64,000 nucleotides of DNA from NCBI GenBank assembly GCA_002633005.1, contig NMRA01000067.1:988582-1052581 (forward strand). The letters run 5' to 3'. The translations under genes and the position numbers were made by a program. This DNA comes from Phoronis australis. Lineage: Eukaryota > Animalia > Phoronida. This document shows, piece after piece, positions 53,338 through 64,000 of this stretch (positions are counted from its first letter, which is position 1; each line of letters opens with the position of its first letter). A model generated the notes under the pieces. The model did no database searches and was not told the origin of the DNA. It saw only the letters and a list, made by a program, of their open reading frames with translations.

Positions 53338-54668
53338 AGGCGAAAGCAACCTTTTTTCATGTCACTTTCAGCAAAAATAAGGTTCGTTGATTATCCCAGA
53401 CACATTTTTCACTTAATTCACAGCTTTTCGTAATTTGATTAATTTCTCGTCCTTTACTCCGGAAGTGACGTTTTGGGAGGCAAGAGTTTCGCGCCAATTT
53501 CTTTTCATTATAGTCCGACTGTGAGAGCTGTGGAGTCAGTCATTGATCCACCTCGGTTGTGATAAGTTCGGTCGTCGTTTGTTTTTGTTTACAAGTCAGT
53601 CAACATGCCACGCTGTTGCTGCGTGCGAGGTTGTACTCATTATCGTCTCACACGCGCTTTGGGTACCTTGCGTCGCTTTCCGAAGGCTGACACACTTCGC
53701 TGTACTTGGCTAGCTCGTTCATGTGAAGAACGTAGCGTTACCCGTCCACGCAACGTACAAAGCAGTGGAGGGTTATCGAGTGTGTGGCAAGCATTTTCTG
53801 CCGTCAGATTATGTCAGATACGTACGCTGAATTGATGAAGGTCCCTTCGAAACAACGCCTGAAGAAGGGTACCATACCGTCGCTGTTGATTCCCGGCAGT
53901 GTCCCGTCGCCAACCCCGAGAAGTGCGTTTTTGAAGCGAGAAGCCTCGCGAGCTGTGGCCAATATATACAGTGACTGGAGGCACTTCATCTATTGTCACC
54001 CGTGCCTCCGAACGTACCACATTGCGTGCAATACCGGAAACTAGCAGTGATTCGCCCTGTGCTGTTGTCTCTCGCCCAAAGCCTGTAAGCAGTCCTGCAG
54101 CGATGTTGAGTAGTGGGAGTGAATACAGGCCCAGTTCGACACCCACTGTGAAGAGGACAGTTCGTCATCCAATGAACAGATCGGTGAGCCTAAGTTTGAT
54201 AAGTTTATTGTGGACTTGTATTGGAGCTATTTGGAAGGTGCTAGGTGTGTGGCGAGGGAGTCACACGGCAGGATGTAAGCAGTTTGGGTGCTCAGATCAC
54301 CCTTCGTTGGGAGTGTGTCGCGGGACACTCGGGCAAGTGGGACAGATCTTCTCAGTGTACGTGAGACGATAATGAGTACACCCCAGTACGCAGCAACAGC
54401 GTGGCATGTTGAATGACTTGTAAGCAAAAGCAAACGACGACCGAACTTTTCAAAACCGAGATAGAACAATGACTGACTCGACTGCTCTCACAGTCAGACT
54501 ATATGAAAAGAAATTGGCGCGAAATTCTTGCCTCCTAAAACGTCACTTCCGGAGTAGACGACGAGTAATTAAATTACGAAAAGCAGTAAATAAGTGAAAA
54601 ATATGTCTGGGATAATGAACGAACCTTATTTTTGCTAAAAATGACATGAAAAAAGGTTGCCTTCGCCT
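53338..54668 (+). mobile_element. Non-autonomous Kolobok-like DNA transposon with truncated THAP transposase, copy 1
   Basis: TTAA flanks (53334-53337, 54669-54672); AGG...CCT termini; ~310-bp TIRs. Confidence 0.85.
53605..54355 (+). pseudogene. Frameshifted THAP domain + zinc-finger N-terminus of a Kolobok-type transposase
   Basis: MPRCCCVRGC...RFPK...W...VCGKHF..DY...LKKGTIPSL (C2CH THAP), then KFIVD..ELFGRC.VCG...LRWECVAGHSGKW; DDE core absent. Confidence 0.8.
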
Positions 54669-55713
54669 TTAACGTCAAAAAGACAGCCTCGAAATGTCCA
54701 AGTGTAATACATTGAATGATCTAACCGCTCACACTCTTTTGCTTTGCCTTCACTGGTTTAAAGCTTGACATGGAATAGATCTCGCCAGTTTCGAGAAATC
54801 GCGAAAATTGGAAGGCCTTGTAAATGTCAAACGTAGCATAGAGCGTCATTCACTGGTGGCCGTCAAACAGCCCAAAATTTAACTTAAAAATTTCCTCACT
54901 GGATTTTGTTTATTTTTGAAATATACGATTTGTGCATCTTTGTAGAATACGTTTTGACAGATCTTCATGGTTTGCGTTCTAACAGTCGAATTACGAAATT
55001 TGGAATCGATTCAGTGAAGCGCGAACTACAACACGTGAACTACAAATATTTCCATCGCTGCCGGATGAGACCCGAAACTGCCAAACCACCAAATATGAAT
55101 TCACTGTAACATGTTTGAGGAGTAGCATTCTAGGCTGAGTTACATAAAGCTTCAAAAGTTATCGGCTGGATAAGTTTGATTGCTGCATGACGTCAGATGC
55201 ATTGTTCAACAATAACAACTGACGCGTGATAATGCGGCGTCTTTGTTGCTATATGGCGTATAACTTTTATGCAACTGGGCTCAGGTGAAGAAAAGGGCTG
55301 ATTCATTCAGTGAAATATTCCTTTGATAATACCACTGTATTATAGTGGTTCAAGTATCAAAGTGACTCCATTCTTACTGGGCAACTGGATAAGACTCAAA
55401 AAGCTTTATAGCAGAGACGTTTTAGCAGATAACATATTCTCCAGGCATCCACGACGAATCAGGGCGAACCCCAGCAGCAGCAGAGGTTAGAGAATATGTA
55501 GACTCTCCAGTGCATAATGACTGGAACATACGGAGAACAAAATTTGATAATACGGCAAAACCCAGTCATTCTTATACTATAATAGAAAGGCTGAAGTGGC
55601 CTTCTATGTTTAATTGACTCGTCTGTAACATAGGGGAAAGCGAGATTGATATCGGGAGCCTCGAAATTGATCTTAGGTTTGACTATCGTCGGCCGGATGT
55701 TCCGTCTCCGCCG

Positions 55714-56343
55714 CTATACGGTTGTCTTCGAGACTTGTCGGGAACCTTTATTCCTCCAGTACATCCGGTTTCGAGGCTTGTTAGCTGTGACTGGAACATG
55801 TGTATCAGCTGAAAATGGTCCGGTATCTTCAATTTTCGATTCTACATGGTTTGTAATGTCGGTCTTGTGGAGCACTATATTCCTCAAGCAAGATTTCAGT
55901 TTCCTTAAATCTTCAAGCGCTTTTTTAAATTCGTTTCTGTACACATGTTTGTTTTTCATTATTCGATCGTATTTAAGTTTCTGTGCTTCAATTTCATATG
56001 CAGTGGGGATGTGATTTTCAGCTGCCATTTTCAATTTTTCGATGCTTACCAGAAACGCCTTCGCTACTTCGTCTACATCCCATCTGTCACATGTTTCCGG
56101 TTCATCCATTTTAGACACAAACAGCTCTTCCCGGGGTTCTCTTAAAAATTCAAGCACCGTGAGGAGAAAAATTATTGGAAGAATTACGACTTCGAAAAAT
56201 GTTTTAAGCGCTTTTTCTTGAATCTTCCCAAAATGATTCTGGTCAGAGTGAGTAGAATATTCAACAGCGCGTTGCTCGTTACCGGATTTTGCCTGCGCTA
56301 ACAGCAACCCCACCAAACACGTTGCAAAGAGGGCCTGTGACAT
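55714..56343 (-). CDS. Intronless 209-aa uncharacterised protein: signal peptide, one TM-like segment, helical/coiled-coil C-terminus
   Basis: Longest ORF in the window; ATG start after a purine tract; MSQALFATCLVGLLLAQAKS; FFEVVILPIIFLLTVLEF; no family recognised. Confidence 0.55.
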   Translation of the reverse strand: MSQALFATCLVGLLLAQAKSGNEQRAVEYSTHSDQNHFGKIQEKALKTFFEVVILPIIFLLTVLEFLREPREELFVSKMDEPETCDRWDVDEVAKAFLVSIEKLKMAAENHIPTAYEIEAQKLKYDRIMKNKHVYRNEFKKALEDLRKLKSCLRNIVLHKTDITNHVESKIEDTGPFSADTHVPVTANKPRNRMYWRNKGSRQVSKTTV

Positions 56344-57996
56344 TCTCCTTTCTCTCTTTCTTTCTTTCTTTCTTTCTTTTATCCTTTTGTTTAATTCTTA
56401 TCTCAAAAAATTCAAGTTTGCGATTTCGTTTTTACGAGAGCATTAGCAGCATCGTCTCGTTCTATGCAAAAGTAGCGTGAAGTTTACCTCCAAAATACAT
56501 CCGGGTAGTTGCAGCACTTTAAAGCTATCTAGATGTTTAATGACGAATATGATACTAAAATGATGCAATTTGGACCCTAAAAAGGGTTACTTAGGCATGC
56601 ACAGTCACATCACATTTTCAAAAAAATTGCAAGTCTGGACTTTTTTGGATTCAAGTAACCACGGGGCAATTAAGCACTTGAACTTTTTTATATGTTTTCA
56701 TTAATAGGTGTGTTCCGACGGATGCACCTGAATGCTGCAGGGAGTTGAGAAGGATTAAGATTGGCCAGATCCTTAGCCAAGGAATAATTTTGGAAGATTT
56801 TAGTAATTTACAACTTTACGTAAATCTGGCCCAATTATTGTTATTGCTTTTAATTTCGGCATTTTAATTGACTGGGTTCAGGACGTCAAAATAATGTGAT
56901 ACTTAACAATCGAATTGTCGTTAGCATATCACAGCTCAAAATTTAAAATAATGCAGTTTTGGGCATATTTTCAGTGGCTTTAAACTTCGTTGAAATAAGA
57001 TTATTTTATTTTCAAAAAGAGTTTTGTGACGCCTGAGACGAAATCTCTTGACTTAATTTTCATTTCTCGTCCGTCCTCCGTATTTTTGGGTCTGCTCTTC
57101 CCACCGGGAAGGGCGACCTTTCCAACCGGTCGGCGGCCCGAGCTTCACGTTCTTAAGTCTGCGACTATAGTGATAGAAAATAAAACAGATCCTGACAACG
57201 AGAGCAGACCAAACGCTTAGTCAGTGTCACTTGGACTCATGGTTATAACTTAGTTCGATGTTTACTGAATGTTTTCGACAATGTAACAACCCTAATCAAT
57301 GGCCAACAAGTCACTTAAAATAACAATAAAAATACATGTCACGACTATAAAATAACAATGAACAGACTGCATAAAAACATTGATAAGTTAATAAGTATGC
57401 TATACCAAAAAGCAATTGTTCCGGGGGGTACTATTCCAGGCCATCTGAAAAAATCCTTGTCTTCCATGCTTCTTTCAAATTCAAGAAAAGTGCTCTTTAA
57501 ACCTAGTGATGCAGACTTAGAAACATTCTTTAATTAAAAATACCGACGGCAATCGTTTTTAGGAAAAAAGTTCCCTGTTTAAAAAAAGTTCCCTGTTGAG
57601 GCCATTTAAAAGGACACCAAATCCTGTTTTGATAATTTCAACAAATCTTCGTCACAACGGTTAGTCTCCCGCTAATGCATCACTGGCGTCAATCTTGAAA
57701 GATAAAAGGAGGAATCGACTAAAAATTGATACCCCTATTTCATTATGGTCCTTGGTGGGTGATCTTTTCCTTGTAGTTGCCATGTAATTCGTTAAAAGCT
57801 CAACTCGCGCTTGCCCTTTTAGCACACTTCGAAAGGAGTTTTCAATTTTCCTACCAACGTTTGAGGATTGTTGGGGGTTAAACAGCATTAGTTTGCTTCA
57901 GAGAACTGGACGGGAAAGTCGTTTTTAGTATCTGTTAATTGGCAATAATCGGGTTTGGTATAAATGATTCGTAATGTACTTTTCGCCAGGAATGCA

Positions 57997-58072
57997 ATGA
58001 CTACTAGGTGAACATGGCTACTAGGTGAACATGGCTACTAGGTGAACATGATTACTAGGTGAAGATGACTAC
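57997..58072. repeat. 17-bp minisatellite (ATGGCTACTAGGTGAAC), about 4.5 copies
   Basis: Directly visible. Confidence 0.92.
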
Positions 58073-58168
58073 AAATTGTTAGAATTTTTGGGAAATTGTT
58101 CAAGTTGATAACACCTGTCATTATGTCTACGTGATTTTTTCTCTTTAAGAATACAACAATTACAGTTG

Positions 58169-58308
58169 TGGGGCGGTCTCGCTGCTATTGTGCTGTGCAT
58201 GATAATCGCTTACGCGTGCTATCGAAGCGACCCCTATATTTGTGAAGGCAAACCTCTGACAGAGAGATGTTGCGGTTGTTGTCACTGTTCCGATGAAACA
58301 CAGTAAGT
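58169..58308 (+). promoter_or_regulatory. Candidate promoter and non-coding first exon for the 84-aa ORF
   Basis: GC box ggggcgg near 58170, TATA-like cctatattt near 58235, donor ca|gtaagt at 58303. Confidence 0.35.
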
Positions 58309-58837
58309 GGTAATGTCTGCGCATTCTCAGTGTTACAGATTCTCAGTGTATGGTCCGCAGACCTTTGTTAACCTTTTCTCTTTAATTTGTGTAAGCCTGA
58401 TATCTGTTCTGTTCTGTTTGATTTGTACCCCAGGAAACAAATATAAACTTTCTATTTTCACTGAAAGCGAATTAATTTATTGTGAGGGGTTTCAACTACG
58501 AAATGTTTAACCTTTGAACTGAATTAAATGTCTGAATGCTTGAAGTCAAAATAACTCCCGAAATCTATTATAATTTTTCTGTATTCAACACTATAAAATA
58601 TGTTATGAATATTTGTATGCTATTCTGGAGAATTACCTAAGGGACATTTTACATATTATATTCTCTCTACTCAAGCATATAGTCGATAAAATTAATTTGT
58701 TAGTAGTGCATAGCGGATCAATTTCATTTCGTTCAGTGGGTGATACCATCTCTTGCTTTCCTAAATTTTAAAGTTTGCACCATGTTTTTGCCGTAAAAGT
58801 GTTAGCGTGTGTTATTTTCATTGTTTATAGACCGTTA

Positions 58838-59092
58838 ATGGAAGAAGAACTGAAAATATCTAACCTTTCGGAGCTGAAGAGCGGCAGTGCAAGAACTCGT
58901 TACACGTACTCTCCGGCAGTGAACATTCAAGTAAGCAAACTTCGAGATAAAGGCAGTTGCAAGCCGCTTACACCAAAGGACTCTGACACGGCAGTAAACG
59001 AGAAGTGTTTGGATAAGAAGAGTGAGGACAACCTGAAATGTCCAGTTTGCCATGGACCTAACATGTGTGACCACTGCACTACTTCACTCTGA
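58838..59092 (+). CDS. 84-aa small protein with C-terminal CPVC-x5-CDHC motif and -TSL end
   Basis: Acceptor ttttcattgtttatag at 58830, then ttaATGgaa; charged coding-like composition; ends CPVCHGPNMCDHCTTSL*. Confidence 0.5.
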   Translation: MEEELKISNLSELKSGSARTRYTYSPAVNIQVSKLRDKGSCKPLTPKDSDTAVNEKCLDKKSEDNLKCPVCHGPNMCDHCTTSL

Positions 59093-59177
59093 CCTGCGCC
59101 GGCATTTAGTTGCCTCTGCCCAGTAACACTGACTTAACCCTGTCCTGCGGCCGGATGTGACACCACGTGCAGTCCAG

Positions 59178-59327
59178 GCGTGAGTTCAGTAGACGCTAGG
59201 ACCTACGCTAGGACCTAGCTAAAACCTAGTCAAAGTCACGTGTTGTCATTTAAAATGCACGGCAATATCTCACGTAATCTCGCGAAGTCTTGCTTTTAGC
59301 GAGGTCCTAGCGTTACTGAACGGGAGG
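59178..59327 (-). mobile_element. MITE family B copy 2
   Basis: Reverse complement of 46132-46282; CAG/CTG flanks. Confidence 0.8.
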
Positions 59328-60915
59328 CTGGATTATCCGGCCAAGCTAAGCTGCTGTTCAATCAGAAGCCGCTCATAAGTCACAGTGGCTCCGTCGGCTC
59401 CTTGTAAATCTCGAGGGTGAGAAATTGTGAATGTGGCGACTGGGGCCATCGAGCATTGAGTACGACTGGGGAAGGGAGAGGGGTGCGTGAAAATACTTGA
59501 CTACTACCGGGACCGAGAGGTAAAGTGACAGGGTCCCAGCCAGAATTCTACAAGATTAGGACTCACAGAAACCTTCATTCGTCAATGAAGGTGCGCATTT
59601 TTATCGTGGATATCTTTAAAGTGCTTAAACTCACCAGTTTCATATCGAAAATAACAAAAACAACCCCACCAGACGACCAGCTGTCAATTGGCCTATCGAA
59701 AGTTCCGAACCCCTTGCGAAAAGTCGCGTGACACACGACAAAAATAAAACAAAAAGTTTTATCCTCCAACATACGTTGTGTTTTTTCAGGTAAATGATAG
59801 CAGCTGGGAAACGAAGGGCTGTCTAGAATGCTGCGTTTTGATTGGTCAGTTAAGCCGTCACTCAAAATTCTGGCGATATGTCAATTATTAGAACACCCGC
59901 AAACACTGTCTGTCGATACGTTTATTAGCTGATCTCTAGTTAGGTGAATTTAATGGTCGATACAAACAACCTGGGCAACCAATCACAGAGCTTGTTATTT
60001 TCTATTGTGTTTAGTGTGAAAAGTGGTCAGACATGGCTGCTCGTTTTCCTGTGGCCGGATTATGATGATATAAAAATTAAATGCGAAGGCAACCTTTTTT
60101 CATATCATTTGTAGCAAAAATAAGGTTCGTTGATTACCCCAGACATATTTTTCACTTATTTACTGCTTTTCGTAATTTTATTAATTACTTGTCGTCTACT
60201 CCGGAAGTGACGTTTTGAGAGGCAAGAATTACGCGCCAGTATCTTTTCATATATAGTCTGACTGTTAGAGCAGTCGAGTCAGTCATTGTTCTACCTCGGT
60301 TGTGATAAGTTCGGTCGTCGTTTGCTTTTGCTTGCGAGTCAGTCAACATGCCACGCTGTTGCTGCGTACTGGGGTGTACTCATTATCGTCTCACGTACAG
60401 AGGAAGAACTGTCCCATTTGTCCGAGTGTCCCGCGACACACTCCCACTGGAGGGTGATCTGAGCACCCAAACTGCTTACATCCCGCCGTGTGACTCCCTC
60501 GCCACACACCTGGCACCGTCCAAATAGCTCCAATACAAGTCCACAATAAACTTATCAAACTTAGGCTAACCGATCTGTTCACTGGATGACGATCTGTCCT
60601 CTTCACTGGGTGTCGAACTGGGCCTGTATTCACTCCCACTACTCAACATCGCTGCAGGCACAAGGCGAATCACTGCTAGTTCCCGGCATTGCACGCAATG
60701 GGGTACGTTCGGAGGCATGGGTGACAGTAGATGATGTGCCTCCAGTCACTGTATTCACCTATTTCACGAAAGCGCCATCTTCCCGCGCCATCTTTAAATA
60801 CTGATCGAAAACGAGGCACACTGATAAAACCTCGTGAGTGATCATCAGCTGGCCATGGTGTACTGTGCAGTGCCTGAACGTACCAATTCCAGTAATAACT
60901 CGTCGGTATCCTTCC

Positions 60916-62676
60916 CAGGGATATACTTAGCCACTCGCCCAGTCGCCAATGCGAGTAAAAATGGTGCTGGGCGAGTAGAAGTTGACTGGCCGGTTGCCCG
61001 GTGGCGATTGAATTTCAGAGCGCAAAAGCACTATATATCGTTTTCCAGATGAATATGAATAATTTTCCTCCTCCTTGTGCTGTTTTTATCATGAATTTAA
61101 GGTTCGGTTTGGTCATCGTGTCGATGCTCCGGCAGTAAAAAACATCGGCGCAGTGCGACCCTACCGATTCAGTACACGTCACCCGTTACGCGATTCCTCA
61201 AAAAAAACACAGTGTGCGGTCGTGCACAAAGAATTTGTGGACTAGTCCGAAACGAAGAAAAGGGGAGAAAGGTGGATGACCGGTCCATGTGCTCATAGCA
61301 AATGAAATACCATATTTCTTGGAACTGATTTCTTATTGTAATGTACAATGTCATTTTAGCCAAAATTATTTTTATAACATTCGTCCTAGTAAGCGCCCAT
61401 GTCCCTATAAGCGTCCCCACTCGTTTTCAGACTTCGCTAAAATAAGCGCCCAGTCCATGAATGTGTACATATTTGTGCGAAAAATGTCTTACCTCACAGT
61501 TCTAAAATTCTACAGTAAATGTATTCAACTTATCAATAATATCCGACAGTTCTGAAAAATCATTGTGCGCGTAATTTCTAGTAGACTACGAGCCTCGCCA
61601 CTATGTCGGTATTTAGCCGTGGCTGTACACTTCAAACCGTTCCGCAGTGCTTCAAAAAGAACGCCAAAGTTTTGCTGATCTTGCGAGGAAAGTGTCACAC
61701 TACATGGTCTGGCCCTGATCAGAACAGACGTAGCGTACTGGTCAACGGGATTGGTATTGTATCTTTCCCGTACAGATCTTCTCCCACAACAGGAATCCAG
61801 ATTGCTTTGTACACGAAAAATTATAAAAACCGCGAATCGAAACTTGGCCAAGAAGCGCGCGCTAGGGCCCACATATAACATGTTGGCCTGCTCAATGACA
61901 TAAATATAACTACATATACAGCTCATTGGGCCTGCTACTCTGGCAAGTGAACACTGATGACACGCACGCGCTCGCTCACTCGGTGCACACCAGTTGACTC
62001 ACTTCAATAGAAACGTCACGTGACAACAACTTATGTGTTCATCCTGAATTTTCTCGTTGCGGGGTGCGATTTAGCGCAGATTTTGACTTAATCTGCGGTT
62101 AATCCCGACTCCGAGTCCACAGGAACTTAAGAATCTTAGGAAAGGCTATTTGGGAGGATTTCAGGTAAGTTGAGTCGAAACTATTTTTACTCAAGAATTC
62201 AAGTTGTCCTATCGACGATCGCGAAGCAGCGACGCATCAGTCGGCAAGTTTTCGCCCTGGGATTTCAGCACATTTTTTTTAAAAAGATCGTAATTTAACA
62301 ACAGCTGTTTGATAGTAATGCACCACAGTTTTGTAGCTAGTCTGTCATACATGTAGGTTACACATACGTCACAGCGCGTAAATTTGATGAATCCTAGCTT
62401 CCGATTTCACCCGTTTCGGAGACCAGGTTTTAACCGCCGTAGGCTACAAAAAGAGTCCCCCTGGGCGCTTATTAGAGCGAATACGGTAGCCCTAATAGAT
62501 GATGACATCAGTGCACGAAACGATGATTTTTATTTAAATTAGCAGCAAGTTTGTGGTGACTGGCGCCAACGGCCGGGTGACTGAACTTCGGGCTGGGCGA
62601 GTAGATTTTCTGGCTCCGGCACTCGCCCAGCTGGCGAGCAGGGTTTTTCAAGACTAAAAGCCTGGGTATATCCCTG
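60916..62676. mobile_element. hAT-like non-autonomous element nested in the ISL2EU-like THAP ORF
   Basis: TIR cagggatatac / gtatatccctg; subterminal ctcgcccag/ctgggcgag repeats; flanks atccttcc / at--ttcc; its removal restores THAP SFHTFP. Confidence 0.7.
61373..62488. mobile_element. Tc1/mariner(pogo)-like non-autonomous element, innermost layer
   Basis: Right end gggcgcttattagagcgaatacggTA; degenerate left end attcgtcctagtaagcgccc with repeated taagcgccc. Confidence 0.5.
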
Positions 62677-62915
62677 ATTTCCACACTTTTCCAAAAGAGG
62701 TAAAACTACTAAGGAATGGCTGAGGAGGGTAGAAGTCTAGTTGCCGTAAGTATTGGTATGTTTTTTGGAGATGTTGAACATCAGACAACTTGATTTTTGG
62801 TAATGTTGATAAGTCTTTTGACCACACCACCTTGCAGGACGATGCCATGTTTGTCAAGGCGCCTCGTTTTCGATCAACACGACAGCAGCGCCCCGCGTTC
62901 GTGAAATAGGTGAAT

Positions 62916-63275
62916 ATAGTGGCCACAGCTCACGAGGCTTCTCGCTTCAAAAACGCACTTCTCGAGGTTGGCGACAGGGCACTGCCGGGAATCAACAGCG
63001 ACAATATGGTACCCTTCTTCAGTCGTTGTTTCGCAGGGACCTTCATCAATTCAACGTACATATCTGTCATAATCTGCCGGCAGAAAATGCTTGCCACACA
63101 CTCGGTAACCCTCCACTGCTTTGTACGTTGCGTGGGGGGTAGCACTGCGTTCTTCACATGAACGAGCTAGCCAAGTACGGCGAAGTGTGTCATCCTTCGG
63201 AAAGCGACGCAAGGTACACAAAGCGCGTGTGAGACGATAATGAGTACATCCCGGCACGCAGCAACAGCGTGGCAT
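62916..63275 (-). pseudogene. THAP domain remnant of Kolobok copy 2
   Basis: MPRCCCVPGC...RFPKD...TW...YRVCGKHFLPADY, then a frameshift to ELMKVPAKQRLKKGTILSL. Confidence 0.8.
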
Positions 63276-64000
63276 GTTGACTGACTTGTAAACAAAAGCA
63301 AACGGCGACCGAACTTATCACAACCGAGGTAGAACAATGACTGACTCGACAGCTCTTACAGTCAGACTATAATGAAAAGAAATTGGCGCGATACTATTGC
63401 CTCCCAAAACGTCACTTCCGGAGTAGAGGACGAGAAATTAATCAAATTACGAAAAGCTGTAATTAAGTGAAAAATGCGTCTGGGATAATCAACGAACCTT
63501 ATTTTTGCTAAAAGTGACATGAAAAAAGGTTGCCTTCGTCTTTAAGCCGGGAAATGTCGAGGCGTTGCGTTTTTTTGTGGTTGTGACTACTTAGTACTTG
63601 ATCACGCTGTGCCCTTTACTTTCCCGAGGAGACTGTACAAGAAACGCGTTGGTGGACATGACACACTGGTGTTGGGTACGTTCATACGTCACACTCATAT
63701 CCGTGGAGCTAAAAAACTATCACCTGACGTCGTCTTTCTCCTGTTTTCTTGTTTTTGGGATTTTGCATTCAGGATTGTGATGTAGGCCTACAGTGCTAAA
63801 GGAAGGTTTAACGATGGTGCCGAAACAAGGTCATGGCGGTTTTAAAGCACTTAAGTTTCGGGACTTTATACTTTGTCTAAAGCTGGAAAGAGACAAGTCA
63901 CGGTGTTTACAAACCTTACTACTGCTTTCCGGAACATAGCAGCACGTGGATTCACAGAGCATAAAAGTCTGCTATCTCCTGTCAGAACGCGTAATATGTT

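Larger units (their letters stand above)
60755..62913 (+). mobile_element. ISL2EU (PHIS-group)-like non-autonomous element
   Basis: TIR tcacctatttcacgaa / ttcgtgaaataggtga; AT duplication fits the empty site in copy 1; + strand THAP start MVYCAVPE..SFHTFPKE..EWLRRV; convergent - strand start MASSCKVVWSKDLSTLPKIKLSDV. Confidence 0.7.
60081..63541 (-). mobile_element. Kolobok-like THAP element copy 2 (inverted), interrupted by nested insertions
   Basis: TTAA flanks (60077-60080, 63542-63545); reverse-complement match to 53338-54668 apart from the insert at 60755-62913 and a small deletion. Confidence 0.85.

Noticed and set aside
53605-53835. Host THAP-domain gene
   Set aside because: Frameshifted, inside TIRs with TTAA flanks, and duplicated at 63051-63275
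56705-56800. Possible SINE core fragment (cagggagttgag...)
   Set aside because: Too short and degenerate; no A/B boxes or tail

Overview
AT-rich eukaryotic genomic DNA with GT-AG introns and animal-type transposons; most likely an invertebrate, but the species cannot be determined from sequence alone. The left two-thirds hold one + strand multi-exon gene that I reconstructed by hand: 17 coding exons, 11393..37741, 776 aa, all splice phases consistent. It encodes a large Rab GTPase (EF-hand pair + coiled coil + disordered linker + Rab domain ending KKAKCCK), most similar to CRACR2A/EFCAB4B (Rab46). The right third is CpG-richer and dense in DNA transposons: a foldback element, MITEs, a decayed Academ-like element, and two inverted THAP-bearing Kolobok-like elements. 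One of these contains a four-level nest (Kolobok > ISL2EU-like > hAT-like > Tc1/mariner-like). Between the two Kolobok copies lie two divergent orphan ORFs: a 209-aa signal-peptide/TM protein and an 84-aa protein with a CxxC-x5-CxxC motif. Near the left end is a tRNA-containing solo LTR (Helenus-type TRIM). There is no CRISPR array, rRNA or intact tRNA. All calls are by eye; no searches were run.
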